Position numbers and translations under genes: made by a program
Source of the DNA: Candidatus Heimdallarchaeum aukensis
GTDB lineage: Archaea; Asgardarchaeota; Heimdallarchaeia; Heimdallarchaeales; Heimdallarchaeaceae
Direction of reading: 5' to 3'
DNA length: 64,000 nt
Assembly: GCA_021513695.1 (NCBI GenBank)
Contig: CP084166.1
Coordinates: 928,001-992,000, forward strand
The notes under the pieces: model-generated
The model's input: only the letters and a program-made list of their open reading frames with translations
Databases searched by the model: none
Told to the model about the DNA's origin: nothing
Shown: piece after piece, positions 10,058 to 20,022 of the stretch
How the letters are laid out: each line of letters opens with the position of its first letter
Position numbering within the stretch: the first letter of the stretch is position 1

Positions 10058-10330
10058 TTATCTTCTAACTATAAACTTCTTGGAGATAAAAAAACCTAAA
10101 CAAAGTAAAACTACAACACAAAAAATGGCTCTAGTAGATAAACCAAATTTACCAGGGTAAGAATCAGCATTAAGAGGGTCTAAACCATTTTGTATCTCTT
10201 AATAATCTGAATAACCATCTCCATCAGTATCAAGATTGTTAGGGTCTGTGTTATAATTGTATTCCTCTAAATTGGTTAAACCGTCATTATCACTATCTTC
10301 ATCTGCATCATGGTTTTTGTTAGCTCTGTT
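10058..10330 (-). pseudogene. 3' remnant of a surface-protein gene (TSP3-like Asp-rich Ca-binding repeats + C-terminal PGF-CTERM-like anchor), 5'-truncated by CRISPR array 1
   Basis: Minus-strand translation: NRANKNHDADEDSDNDGLTNLEEYNYNTDPNNLDTDGDGYSDY*EIQNGLDPLNADSYPGKFGLSTRAIFCVVVLLCLGFFISKKFIVRR*. One in-frame TAA lies at 10198-10200. There is no N-terminal part; the frame runs into the first repeat of array 1. Confidence 0.6.
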
Positions 10331-10341
10331 TTAGCATACTC

Positions 10342-13300
10342 ATTTTCACACTACTTAGTTCAGCTTAAACCTCGTACTTGCTTGCAGAAGCACCTAGCAC
10401 GTAGTAATTTTCACACTACTTAGTTCAGCTTAAACCTTTCGATAATGATGGTGTTAGTGGTGAAGTGCAAAATTTTCACACTACTTAGTTCAGCTTAAAC
10501 AATCTATCAAGTGTCTCATTTTTTACGTTTCCTAGATTTTCACACTACTTAGTTCAGCTTAAACAATAACGTTTGAACATTGTTCTCGAATTCTTCATAA
10601 ATTTTCACACTACTTAGTTCAGCTTAAACAGTTGATGAAGGTGTGACAAAGTGTGACACTTCGATATTTTCACACTACTTAGTTCAGCTTAAACATTCTA
10701 CTTTTTTCTCAATCAATTTACAAGTTAGAGCGTCATTTTCACACTACTTAGTTCAGCTTAAACAGAACTAGGATCAGTCTCGGTCCATTCAGAAACTCGA
10801 TTTTCACACTACTTAGTTCAGCTTAAACTCCTAAAATAATAACTGATCCTAAGAATCCTGATAAGATTTTCACACTACTTAGTTCAGCTTAAACCCAGAG
10901 TGAGAACGGGGTTATAGGTCAATAATAAAGAAATTTTCACACTACTTAGTTCAGCTTAAACTTTGTTTTGATTTTTCTTTCTTTCAGGATAGCATCAATT
11001 TTCACACTACTTAGTTCAGCTTAAACAAATGGCTAAAAGAACCACAAGAACTTCAAGAAAATAATTTTCACACTACTTAGTTCAGCTTAAACTTTACATT
11101 TATATAACTTCCCCAGAAGATTATATATAATTTTCACACTACTTAGTTCAGCTTAAACCAGCAATGTTGGCACATCTCCCCACTCTACTTTCTCATTTTC
11201 ACACTACTTAGTTCAGCTTAAACATTACTCTTTTTTCTTTACAAAACATTTATATATTATATTTTCACACTACTTAGTTCAGCTTAAACGTTATATTAAG
11301 TGTTAAATAGTTCTCTTTTCCTTCTTATTTTCACACTACTTAGTTCAGCTTAAACGTAAAAAAATGAGTAATTCAGAAGAACATTTTCACACTACTTAGT
11401 TCAGCTTAAACTGAAAACCTTATAGGCTGGCGTGAATACGCAAACCTAATTTTCACACTACTTAGTTCAGCTTAAACACGTTTCCAAGTAAATCTGTTAC
11501 TATTTCAAATTTATTTTCACACTACTTAGTTCAGCTTAAACTGATTTACGTTACCCTCATGTTTGTTATGTTTATTTATTTTCACACTACTTAGTTCAGC
11601 TTAAACGAATTTACTTTACACAATGATCGTGCTGATACTGTTTTATTTTCACACTACTTAGTTCAGCTTAAACACATTGCTTGATATTGGAATTTTATAT
11701 CTTAATATATTTTCACACTACTTAGTTCAGCTTAAACCTGACTTTTTTGGAGAATTTGGTTTCGCTGATAGTAATTTTCACACTACTTAGTTCAGCTTAA
11801 ACTAGAAAATTGTATTCTTCAAACTATACGTATAGATATTCCATTTTCACACTACTTAGTTCAGCTTAAACCTTAAATTATCTTCAAACCAATCAGAATA
11901 ATAAAGTTCATATTTTCACACTACTTAGTTCAGCTTAAACATAAATATCGCTATTTCTCCTTTCTTAACTGTTCTTAATTTTCACACTACTTAGTTCAGC
12001 TTAAACCATAATCTATCATAAAAAAGTCTCCTATATCATAAGTATTTTCACACTACTTAGTTCAGCTTAAACACTATTTTTCCACCTTCTCTTTCTTCCC
12101 ATTCTCTCTTATTTTCACACTACTTAGTTCAGCTTAAACTTTGTACTTCACTGTGCTTAATATCTCTACTTATACTATTTTCACACTACTTAGTTCAGCT
12201 TAAACTTTATCACCCCTCATATATTTATTATACTTCCTAAAATTTTCACACTACTTAGTTCAGCTTAAACCGTACACCCATTCCTTAGGTGTCCAGTCTA
12301 ATACTTATTTTCACACTACTTAGTTCAGCTTAAACTCACCTATATATATGATGTTCTAACACATAAAAATCATTTTCACACTACTTAGTTCAGCTTAAAC
12401 CTGACTTTTTTGGAGAATTTGGTTTCGCTGATAGTAATTTTCACACTACTTAGTTCAGCTTAAACTAGAAAATTGTATTCTTCAAACTATACGTATAGAT
12501 ATTCCATTTTCACACTACTTAGTTCAGCTTAAACCTTAAATTATCTTCAAACCAATCAGAATAATAAAGTTCATATTTTCACACTACTTAGTTCAGCTTA
12601 AACATAAATATCGCTATTTCTCCTTTCTTAACTGTTCTTAATTTTCACACTACTTAGTTCAGCTTAAACCATAATCTATCATAAAAAAGTCTCCTATATC
12701 ATAAGTATTTTCACACTACTTAGTTCAGCTTAAACACTATTTTTCCACCTTCTCTTTCTTCCCATTCTCTCTTATTTTCACACTACTTAGTTCAGCTTAA
12801 ACTTTGTACTTCACTGTGCTTAATATCTCTACTTATACTATTTTCACACTACTTAGTTCAGCTTAAACTTTATCACCCCTCATATATTTATTATACTTCC
12901 TAAAATTTTCACACTACTTAGTTCAGCTTAAACCGTACACCCATTCCTTAGGTGTCCAGTCTAATACTTATTTTCACACTACTTAGTTCAGCTTAAACTC
13001 ACCTATATATATGATGTTCTAACACATAAAAATCATTTTCACACTACTTAGTTCAGCTTAAACCTCATAACAAATGGATAAAGACTATTGAAATCAAGAA
13101 TTTTCACACTACTTAGTTCAGCTTAAACCAATTATTATCGCAACAGCCATCTCAAGATCACCTTATTTTCACACTACTTAGTTCAGCTTAAACGTTTTTG
13201 AATAACAGTCTGTGAAGAGAGAGAAGCAAATTTTCACACTACTTAGTTCAGCTTAAACGTCTTATTTCGTTAAAATCTTCAACAATAGCTTGTTGATTTT

Positions 13301-16300
13301 CACACTACTTAGTTCAGCTTAAACACTTTAGACGTGAAAAATTGGTTAATGGTTTTAGGTGATTTTCACACTACTTAGTTCAGCTTAAACGTAAAGAGAA
13401 AAGAAGAAAGAAAAAGAACGATAAAAGAATTTTCACACTACTTAGTTCAGCTTAAACGAGATATTGCAACATTTTGCTACAAAAATATCTAAAAAATTTT
13501 CACACTACTTAGTTCAGCTTAAACTTTGAAGTATCTGTGATGTCTTTTGTGACTACTCCTGATTTTCACACTACTTAGTTCAGCTTAAACCTTACAGAGG
13601 GAGAATATGCGGGACAATATATTATTACATTTTCACACTACTTAGTTCAGCTTAAACATAGAAGAAGAGCTCATTACAACTTTCCTTTTCCGTGATTTTC
13701 ACACTACTTAGTTCAGCTTAAACAAGCGTCAGTAGCACCTACAAGCGGGACATTCACAAGATTTTCACACTACTTAGTTCAGCTTAAACTCTATTTTATA
13801 TACTTTCTCTAATTCTAAACTTCTACTATTTTCACACTACTTAGTTCAGCTTAAACAGTAGAAATGAAGGGGGGGTTAGGAGCTAGAAAAAATTTTCACA
13901 CTACTTAGTTCAGCTTAAACCAATTCTGTTAATTTGTTTATTTCTTCCCATCTTTCATTTTCACACTACTTAGTTCAGCTTAAACGATAAATGGTACAAT
14001 CGTTTGAACCCTTTTAGAAGAAATTTTCACACTACTTAGTTCAGCTTAAACAAGGTTATCGCCTTTACATTTAGGGTTCTCACAAGTAATTTTCACACTA
14101 CTTAGTTCAGCTTAAACTATTTATGTAAAAGTCCTCTTCATCTATTATTAAACTATTTTCACACTACTTAGTTCAGCTTAAACACTATAACTTTAAGCAC
14201 TTGTTTTACTATATCGAAAAATTTTCACACTACTTAGTTCAGCTTAAACAGTCCGTTCTCGTTTCTTATTTCTTCGTCATCGGTTCTAATTTTCACACTA
14301 CTTAGTTCAGCTTAAACATGATTTTGTATAGTTTCCTCTCTTTATAAATGAAAATTTTCACACTACTTAGTTCAGCTTAAACTCAGCGTTTTGTAGTTCT
14401 ATTTTTCGTAAGTCGTCATATTTTCACACTACTTAGTTCAGCTTAAACCATTTCTCCACCTCTTTTTCATTTCTACTTGTTCTAATTTTCACACTACTTA
14501 GTTCAGCTTAAACTTGCTCTCTAAATATATTGCATACATTCCTTTTCTGATTTTCACACTACTTAGTTCAGCTTAAACTGAACAAACACTCACAATCTTA
14601 TCTAATCTTTCAAACGTATTTTCACACTACTTAGTTCAGCTTAAACAAACTGAAGTCATGTCAAAGTTAGAAGCCCAACTATATTTTCACACTACTTAGT
14701 TCAGCTTAAACGAGCTTTTACTGAAGCAGAACTAAAAAGAAATACCCCAAATTTTCACACTACTTAGTTCAGCTTAAACCATTGAATTCCTCTTTCTTCC
14801 TCTGCACAATAGTGAATTTTCACACTACTTAGTTCAGCTTAAACACGGTGCTCTGAAATGATGGAGTTTGAACAAAAATATTTTCACACTACTTAGTTCA
14901 GCTTAAACGTACAATTATGTTAAATATAGAAGAATAAAAAGGAATTTTCACACTACTTAGTTCAGCTTAAACGATAAAAATGGTAGAAGAGCATAAGAAG
15001 AATGAGCTTAATTTTCACACTACTTAGTTCAGCTTAAACTCTATCCTCCTTTTTTTTGGTTTGCAGTTTATACAAGAATTTTCACACTACTTAGTTCAGC
15101 TTAAACTTCATAGAACTTGATGTTAGGGTTAGGAAAAACCTCATTTTCACACTACTTAGTTCAGCTTAAACTGTAGCTTTGAAAGTTTATCATAGTTATG
15201 TGAGAATTATTTTCACACTACTTAGTTCAGCTTAAACAGATGAAATTTCCGAATTAGTTACTTTATTTCCGTCTGATTTTCACACTACTTAGTTCAGCTT
15301 AAACATTGGAGCTCTTCCCTTGACAATACAAATATTACAAATTTTCACACTACTTAGTTCAGCTTAAACGAACGATTACAGTATAGAACAGACGAATATT
15401 ATTATATTTTCACACTACTTAGTTCAGCTTAAACATCAGCAACTCTTTGCTGGTTCTCAAGAGCTTTTTGATTTTCACACTACTTAGTTCAGCTTAAACG
15501 TGAAAAGTCTCTTGTGTAGGTATATCGTGCTGCGTATTTTCACACTACTTAGTTCAGCTTAAACAGGTTCTCACTTTGGACAAAAGAAGCAAGTTTAGAC
15601 GAATTTTCACACTACTTAGTTCAGCTTAAACTTTCTCCTGAAAGAAGATCGTATGGTAACGAATACGTATTTTCACACTACTTAGTTCAGCTTAAACTCT
15701 ACCACAATGAAGATCATGAGAAGAAACCCACACATTTTCACACTACTTAGTTCAGCTTAAACATTTTTTTCACCCATAATCATTTCCACCCCTCTTTGAT
15801 TTTCACACTACTTAGTTCAGCTTAAACTCAAGGTCAAAATGGGGAAAAAGGTCGAACTATGGTATTTTCACACTACTTAGTTCAGCTTAAACAACGCTTG
15901 TTTTGGGGTTTCACACCCCAAAATCTTATTTTCACACTACTTAGTTCAGCTTAAACTCTGCTTTATCTTCTTCTTTTTCACAATCTCTATGAATTTTCAC
16001 ACTACTTAGTTCAGCTTAAACTTTGCACCTATTATATTTTAAGAGTAAAGAATATAATTTTCACACTACTTAGTTCAGCTTAAACCAGAGAAAGACGCGG
16101 GTTCAATTTCGTATAAGTAAGTAATTTTCACACTACTTAGTTCAGCTTAAACTATCTTCTTTATCTCTTTTTCTACTAACTCATTCTTATTTTCACACTA
16201 CTTAGTTCAGCTTAAACTAGATAAAGGAAGTTTAGATAAAGCGATACAAGAATTGCTAAATTTTCACACTACTTAGTTCAGCTTAAACAAGCGAGTTCAG

Positions 16301-16420
16301 TATCTTCTTTTTCCTCATAGACCTTAATTTTCACACTACTTAGTTCAGCTTAAACATTTATTCCTGCTATACGCAATAGACTTGAAAACGTATTTTCACA
16401 CTACTTAGTTCAGCTTAAAC
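10342..16420 (-). CRISPR. CRISPR array 1, about 93 repeats / 92 spacers (hand count), 29-bp repeat, transcribed on the minus strand
   Basis: Plus-strand unit ATTTTCACACTACTTAGTTCAGCTTAAAC is the reverse complement of the array 2 repeat. Spacers are mostly 34-40 bp, with one of 27 bp. The length 6079 bp equals 93 x 29 plus 92 spacers averaging about 36.8 bp. The leader is at the 16421 end. Confidence 0.98.
11738..13063. repeat. Perfect tandem duplication (2 x 663 bp) of a block of 10 spacer-repeat units inside array 1
   Basis: 11738-12400 and 12401-13063 read identically. Both run from spacer CTGACTTTTTTGGAGAATTTGG... to spacer TCACCTATATATATGATGTTCTAACACATAAAAATC. Confidence 0.9.
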
Positions 16421-16520
16421 GAAGTTTATTTTCTTTTCTAGCTATATTTTTCTCTCGTTTTGTCACTCACCTTCCTGGTCGACCTCCAATAAGGTATTAA
16501 CTTTATAAATATTGACCAGA
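16421..16520 (-). promoter_or_regulatory. Leader of CRISPR array 1 (TATA-like ATTTATAAAG, GGTCGACC palindrome)
   Basis: The reverse complement is nearly identical to 28872-28971 upstream of array 2. The core ATTATTGGAGGTCGACCAGGAAGGTGAGTGACAAAA and the junction CTAGAAAAGAAAATAAACTTC are identical. Confidence 0.75.
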
Positions 16521-16569
16521 TACATAAACGTTTACCTTATAAACAATGACTAGTACCATTAAATTTGCT

Positions 16570-18075
16570 TTATTTTTTTGCTATTTTCTCTGCAATTACA
16601 GGATGTTTTTCGTTTACTGCATACCAGAATTTTGCCTTTCCTTTTAAATTTGGTTTTATTATTATCCATCCCTTTTTTTCCATATCTACTAGGATTCTTG
16701 GTTTATTCATTTTGAATTGATTTATGTTTATTTTTTTATGATCATGGTATTTATTTTCTTTTTGCATCCATTCATTTATTTTCCTGAAGCTCCCTGCAGC
16801 TAATCCACCTATCAAGATTGACCCATCCATACAGAGTTTGTATTCTTTTGGTTTTTCCAGTACTGACATGTATTTATCTATCATAAAGTCTAAAATTATT
16901 TCATGTTCTCCCTCTGGCCTTTCGAACATTTTTTCTTTTGTTCCTTCTTTAATTATTTTATTTTTTAGTTTGTCTAGTTGACTATTTTTTTCAAGAAGCA
17001 ACCTATTTTTTTCATGTGGGTCCCATAAATTTATTTTCTCAATTAATATTTGTTCTAAGTTTTGATACTCTCTTTCAATTACTAATTTTGTACTTATTTT
17101 CTTGAATATTTTTCTCTGGTAATTTTGTGGCAGGTAGTATGATCTTCTTCCTATAGAGTGATATAGAATTGGATTTAGGGTATTAACTATATAGTTTACT
17201 AGAGCTATTTTTTCTTCCATGTTTAGCTCCGAAAAGATATTTTCTTCTATTATTGATACTATTCTTTGTATTAGAGTTTTAATCATGAAAGCTGTTAGAA
17301 TAGCTTTTTTTACTCTCTTTTTGAATAATTCATTTTTCTTTTTGTAATGTACTATAGCATAAGTATCAATTCCGAGGGATAAAACGTCTATTTTTTCCTT
17401 TGAGCTATATATCTTTTCTATGTTTTTTTCTTCTAACTTTTGAAAATGAACACTAGGTAATTCAATTATTGAGATGACATTTGAAGATTCTAAATAAATA
17501 TTACTAAATTCTTTAAAGAATGCTCTAAGCAAACAAAATTTTACCTGTTCATTTTTCTTTTTTTTGCCTTTTTCATTTGTAAATATTTTTATTATTTCCC
17601 TTCGTAAATTTTCTAAACTCTCTTCTTCCAGAATTTTTTCACTTAAAATTACTTTCTTTTCTACTTCAGCTATTAATGATGGATAAATGTTTATCTTTTT
17701 TAATCCATTTACGATTTTAACTACTGTTCTTGGTTCATTCCAATAAACAGTTCTTGTTTCAATTGGAATAAGCGGTCTTAAAGGCACTCTTCTAAAAAAT
17801 AAATATTTTTTAGCGTAATAGTACAGATATGAATCATTAGTCAATTTCAGAAAAAGACTTGAGTAGTATGGAATGAAAATGTCGAACTTTTTTCTACCTT
17901 TTCTTATTACCATTTTTATTCTTTTTTTGAACTCTGTTTCTGATTTAAGGAAAGAGAGTTCTTTTCTAATCTTTTTTGAATAAAGGATTTCTGGAATGGC
18001 ATAAAACTGATGGAAAGAGATTTTTATTGTATTCATTTTATTCTCCCTAATACCATTTTTGAAGAGTAGTATCAT
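16570..18075 (-). CDS. Hypothetical ~490-aa protein, no family recognised; second gene of the wHTH operon upstream of the array 1 leader
   Basis: Long uninterrupted ORF. The probable true start is ATG at 18036, preceded by a GGGAG SD that overlaps the TAG stop of the upstream gene. Lys/Glu-rich, with no P-loop and no Cys clusters. Confidence 0.6.
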   Translation of the reverse strand: MILLFKNGIRENKMNTIKISFHQFYAIPEILYSKKIRKELSFLKSETEFKKRIKMVIRKGRKKFDIFIPYYSSLFLKLTNDSYLYYYAKKYLFFRRVPLRPLIPIETRTVYWNEPRTVVKIVNGLKKINIYPSLIAEVEKKVILSEKILEEESLENLRREIIKIFTNEKGKKKKNEQVKFCLLRAFFKEFSNIYLESSNVISIIELPSVHFQKLEEKNIEKIYSSKEKIDVLSLGIDTYAIVHYKKKNELFKKRVKKAILTAFMIKTLIQRIVSIIEENIFSELNMEEKIALVNYIVNTLNPILYHSIGRRSYYLPQNYQRKIFKKISTKLVIEREYQNLEQILIEKINLWDPHEKNRLLLEKNSQLDKLKNKIIKEGTKEKMFERPEGEHEIILDFMIDKYMSVLEKPKEYKLCMDGSILIGGLAAGSFRKINEWMQKENKYHDHKKININQFKMNKPRILVDMEKKGWIIIKPNLKGKAKFWYAVNEKHPVIAEKIAKK

Positions 18076-19525
18076 ATCTTGAAGTTGGCAGATTTACTCT
18101 TTTAGTATACATAAAGCTGGTTATAAAAAAATAAGGTTCTTCTTCTTCAAAAATCGAAGAAAACAAATCTATGAAATTAATTACTAATTCATTGGGTATT
18201 CTTACTGTAACAATTAGTCCCTTTTCATCTGTTATTAAATTAGTAAACGGTTCAGAATAAACTTCTGGAAACAGAGATAATCTATCATGAATCTCTTTTT
18301 GATCCACTTTTTTCTTAAATATAATCATCACATCGTTAGTTCCAAAAATTGGTATTATATTTACTCTTTTTATGTATAGTTGTTCATTTGTGAAGTGTTT
18401 CAAATATTTTCTTATTGTGCTCTGTGAAATATTAGTTTCCTTCTCTATTCTACTTACAGTCAAATCTCTATTCTTAATTATATATTCAAGTATCTTAAGG
18501 CCAGGCTTAGTTAATTTTAATTCACTTTCTTTTGTGTCTTCGAATCTAGGTTTCAATTCATTCTTTGTTTTACTCTTATTATGAAGTGCAATTGCAATTT
18601 CGCTTATCGAATAATTCCAATTTTTGTTTTTATAATCATATTTTGAATAATCAAACGTTGTTATCTGTTCTTCTCTATGCAGAACTAAAATTTCATATTT
18701 TGTTATTTCTTTTTTCTTGATTGACAAGTCAAAAAATTCACTTATTCTCCTACATATCTCCTTCAACAAGGGCACTGGGAATGAGTAGTAGAGTAACAAT
18801 GCCTTGCATGATGTATTCAGTGTCATCGATTTTCTTAAGAACATTTTAGGGAAATTTTCTTTTTTATGTATTGAAGAGAGTTCATCAAATCCATAAACAA
18901 TCACAAGAAGCAAGACAAAGTTTGTCTTTTTCAAATTCAAACTTATTCCTTCATAGATTATTCCTTTATCAAAGAGTAATTTTTTTGTTCTTGTTATATT
19001 TCCTGCATCTTTATTCAAAATTTTACTTAATTCTTTGGTTGAAGTAATTTGATATTTGATCATTGCTTGTAGTAATGAAAACTCTGCTTTTGTTAGACTA
19101 GGCTTGATTCTACTCCTTAATGTAAAAAAGAATCTCAGGAAAAGAGACCAATTTTCTAATAGTATTTTATTTTTTTTATATTCTAAAATAGAAAGTAATT
19201 TATTAGCTGTTTCTTCATCTTGAAGAAACTGTTTATATGACGAGAATATTACATATTTCAAATCATTATATTCTTTCTCTGTACTATATTCAGACCAAAA
19301 ATTCAACCATTTTTCTAATTGTTGTCTAGTTATGCTTTTTTTTCCTTTATTTTTCTGAAAATAAAGTATTCTATATATTTTAAAACATATTAAATCCCAA
19401 GCAGGTGTTTTTGGAACTATATTTAGTTCTTCAACTTTTTTTTTAAAAAATTTAAAATGTGATCCTAAGATTTCTCTCCCTTTCTCTAAAATTACTTCTC
19501 TTTCTTTTATTTGAGAATATTTCAT
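18047..19525 (-). CDS. 492-aa protein with two Lrp/AsnC- or MarR-like winged-helix segments; paralog of 34762..36246
   Basis: wHTH-like segments LTKAEFSLLQAMIKYQITSTKELSKILNKDAGNITRTKKLLFDKGIIYEG and LTKPGLKILEYIIKNRDLTVSRIEKETNISQSTIRKYLKHFTNEQLYIKRVNIIPIFG. Colinear similarity to the 494-aa ORF along the full length, for example LSLFPEVYSEP vs LSFFPEVYSEP and W.NFW..YS. Confidence 0.65.
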   Translation of the reverse strand: MKYSQIKEREVILEKGREILGSHFKFFKKKVEELNIVPKTPAWDLICFKIYRILYFQKNKGKKSITRQQLEKWLNFWSEYSTEKEYNDLKYVIFSSYKQFLQDEETANKLLSILEYKKNKILLENWSLFLRFFFTLRSRIKPSLTKAEFSLLQAMIKYQITSTKELSKILNKDAGNITRTKKLLFDKGIIYEGISLNLKKTNFVLLLVIVYGFDELSSIHKKENFPKMFLRKSMTLNTSCKALLLYYSFPVPLLKEICRRISEFFDLSIKKKEITKYEILVLHREEQITTFDYSKYDYKNKNWNYSISEIAIALHNKSKTKNELKPRFEDTKESELKLTKPGLKILEYIIKNRDLTVSRIEKETNISQSTIRKYLKHFTNEQLYIKRVNIIPIFGTNDVMIIFKKKVDQKEIHDRLSLFPEVYSEPFTNLITDEKGLIVTVRIPNELVINFIDLFSSIFEEEEPYFFITSFMYTKRVNLPTSRYDTTLQKWY

Positions 19526-19724
19526 CCAAGTTTAAATTTATTGTCAGTTTAAATTTTTTTTGTAATACTGACCTTGAACTATTGTCCAAAATAGACAAAG
19601 CTTATCCTTTTAGTTTTATTCTATTTCAAGCCTTCTAAGTAGATAGTTTTTAAATTACTTCACAGACATTTTCGATTTTTTGTTGTCCAGAGATGTATTG
19701 TCACAATTAAAAAGAGGTGACAAA

Positions 19725-19799
19725 ATGAAAAAGGATTATTATCTTCCTCCTCCTGAAGATGATGAACCAAATGATCCAGAACCATTTCCTTTTCCTTAA
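19725..19799 (+). CDS. Candidate micro-ORF (24 aa, MKKDYYLPPPEDDEPNDPEPFPFP) with a strong Shine-Dalgarno
   Basis: GAGGTGA (19714-19720) lies 4 nt before the ATG. This resembles the GGTGA-N5/6-ATG context of bona fide genes in this window, with a slightly shorter spacer. It is not in the ORF track because it is too short. Confidence 0.3.
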   Translation: MKKDYYLPPPEDDEPNDPEPFPFP

Positions 19800-19809
19800 A
19801 AGGGATAAA

Positions 19810-19893
19810 GAAGGTATTAAAACCTTCACGTTCTTCTACTAACAACCTAAGAACGTCCAATTATACAATTGGACTTCTTTTTTTATTTTTTTC
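19810..19893 (+). terminator. Three abutting perfect hairpins followed by an oligo-T tract
   Basis: GAAGGT(19810-15)/ACCTTC(19822-27); ACGTTCTT(19828-35)/AAGAACGT(19849-56); CCAATT(19857-62)/AATTGG(19867-72); then ACTTCTTTTTTTATTTTTTTC. Confidence 0.35.
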
Positions 19894-19990
19894 TATCAAA
19901 CTACTTATCATACTAGAATTTTTGTTGGTTTACTTTAATTTAAAAAAAGCTCAAATTCTAATAATTCTTTTTTTAAACTCTTAAAACTCT

Positions 19991-20010
19991 ATTAAAAGTT
20001 TTTATAGTTT
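19991..20010 (+). promoter_or_regulatory. Putative BRE/TATA of the cas operon (AAAAGTTTTTATAG), predicting a leaderless cas6 mRNA
   Basis: The TATA-like element is centred near 20003, about 26 nt before the first ATG of cas6 (20029). There is no SD in between. Confidence 0.4.
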
Positions 20011-20022
20011 GTTGAGATAAAA

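Noticed and set aside
14845-14879. A 13-nt identity (GGTGCTCTGAAAT) between an array 1 spacer (14845-14879) and an array 2 spacer (30433-30470), suggesting overlapping protospacers on opposite strands.
   Set aside because: With about 160 spacers of about 37 nt compared on both strands, a single 13-mer match has a non-negligible chance probability (my rough estimate is tenths). The bases flanking the match differ.
16570-18075. Possible TnpB/RuvC-like (LSLGIDTYAIV) or HEPN-like (RPEGEH; also RYYCSISH in 33607..34407) motifs in the unknown proteins.
   Set aside because: These are isolated short matches only. There are no second or third RuvC motifs, no zinc finger, and no HEPN-typical context. 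Such matches are expected by chance in about 500 aa.
19660-19860. 66-aa minus-strand ORF between the wHTH operon and cas6.
   Set aside because: It has an alternative (TTG) start and no SD, and it overlaps the palindromic hairpins. The plus-strand 24-codon ORF with a strong SD explains the region better.
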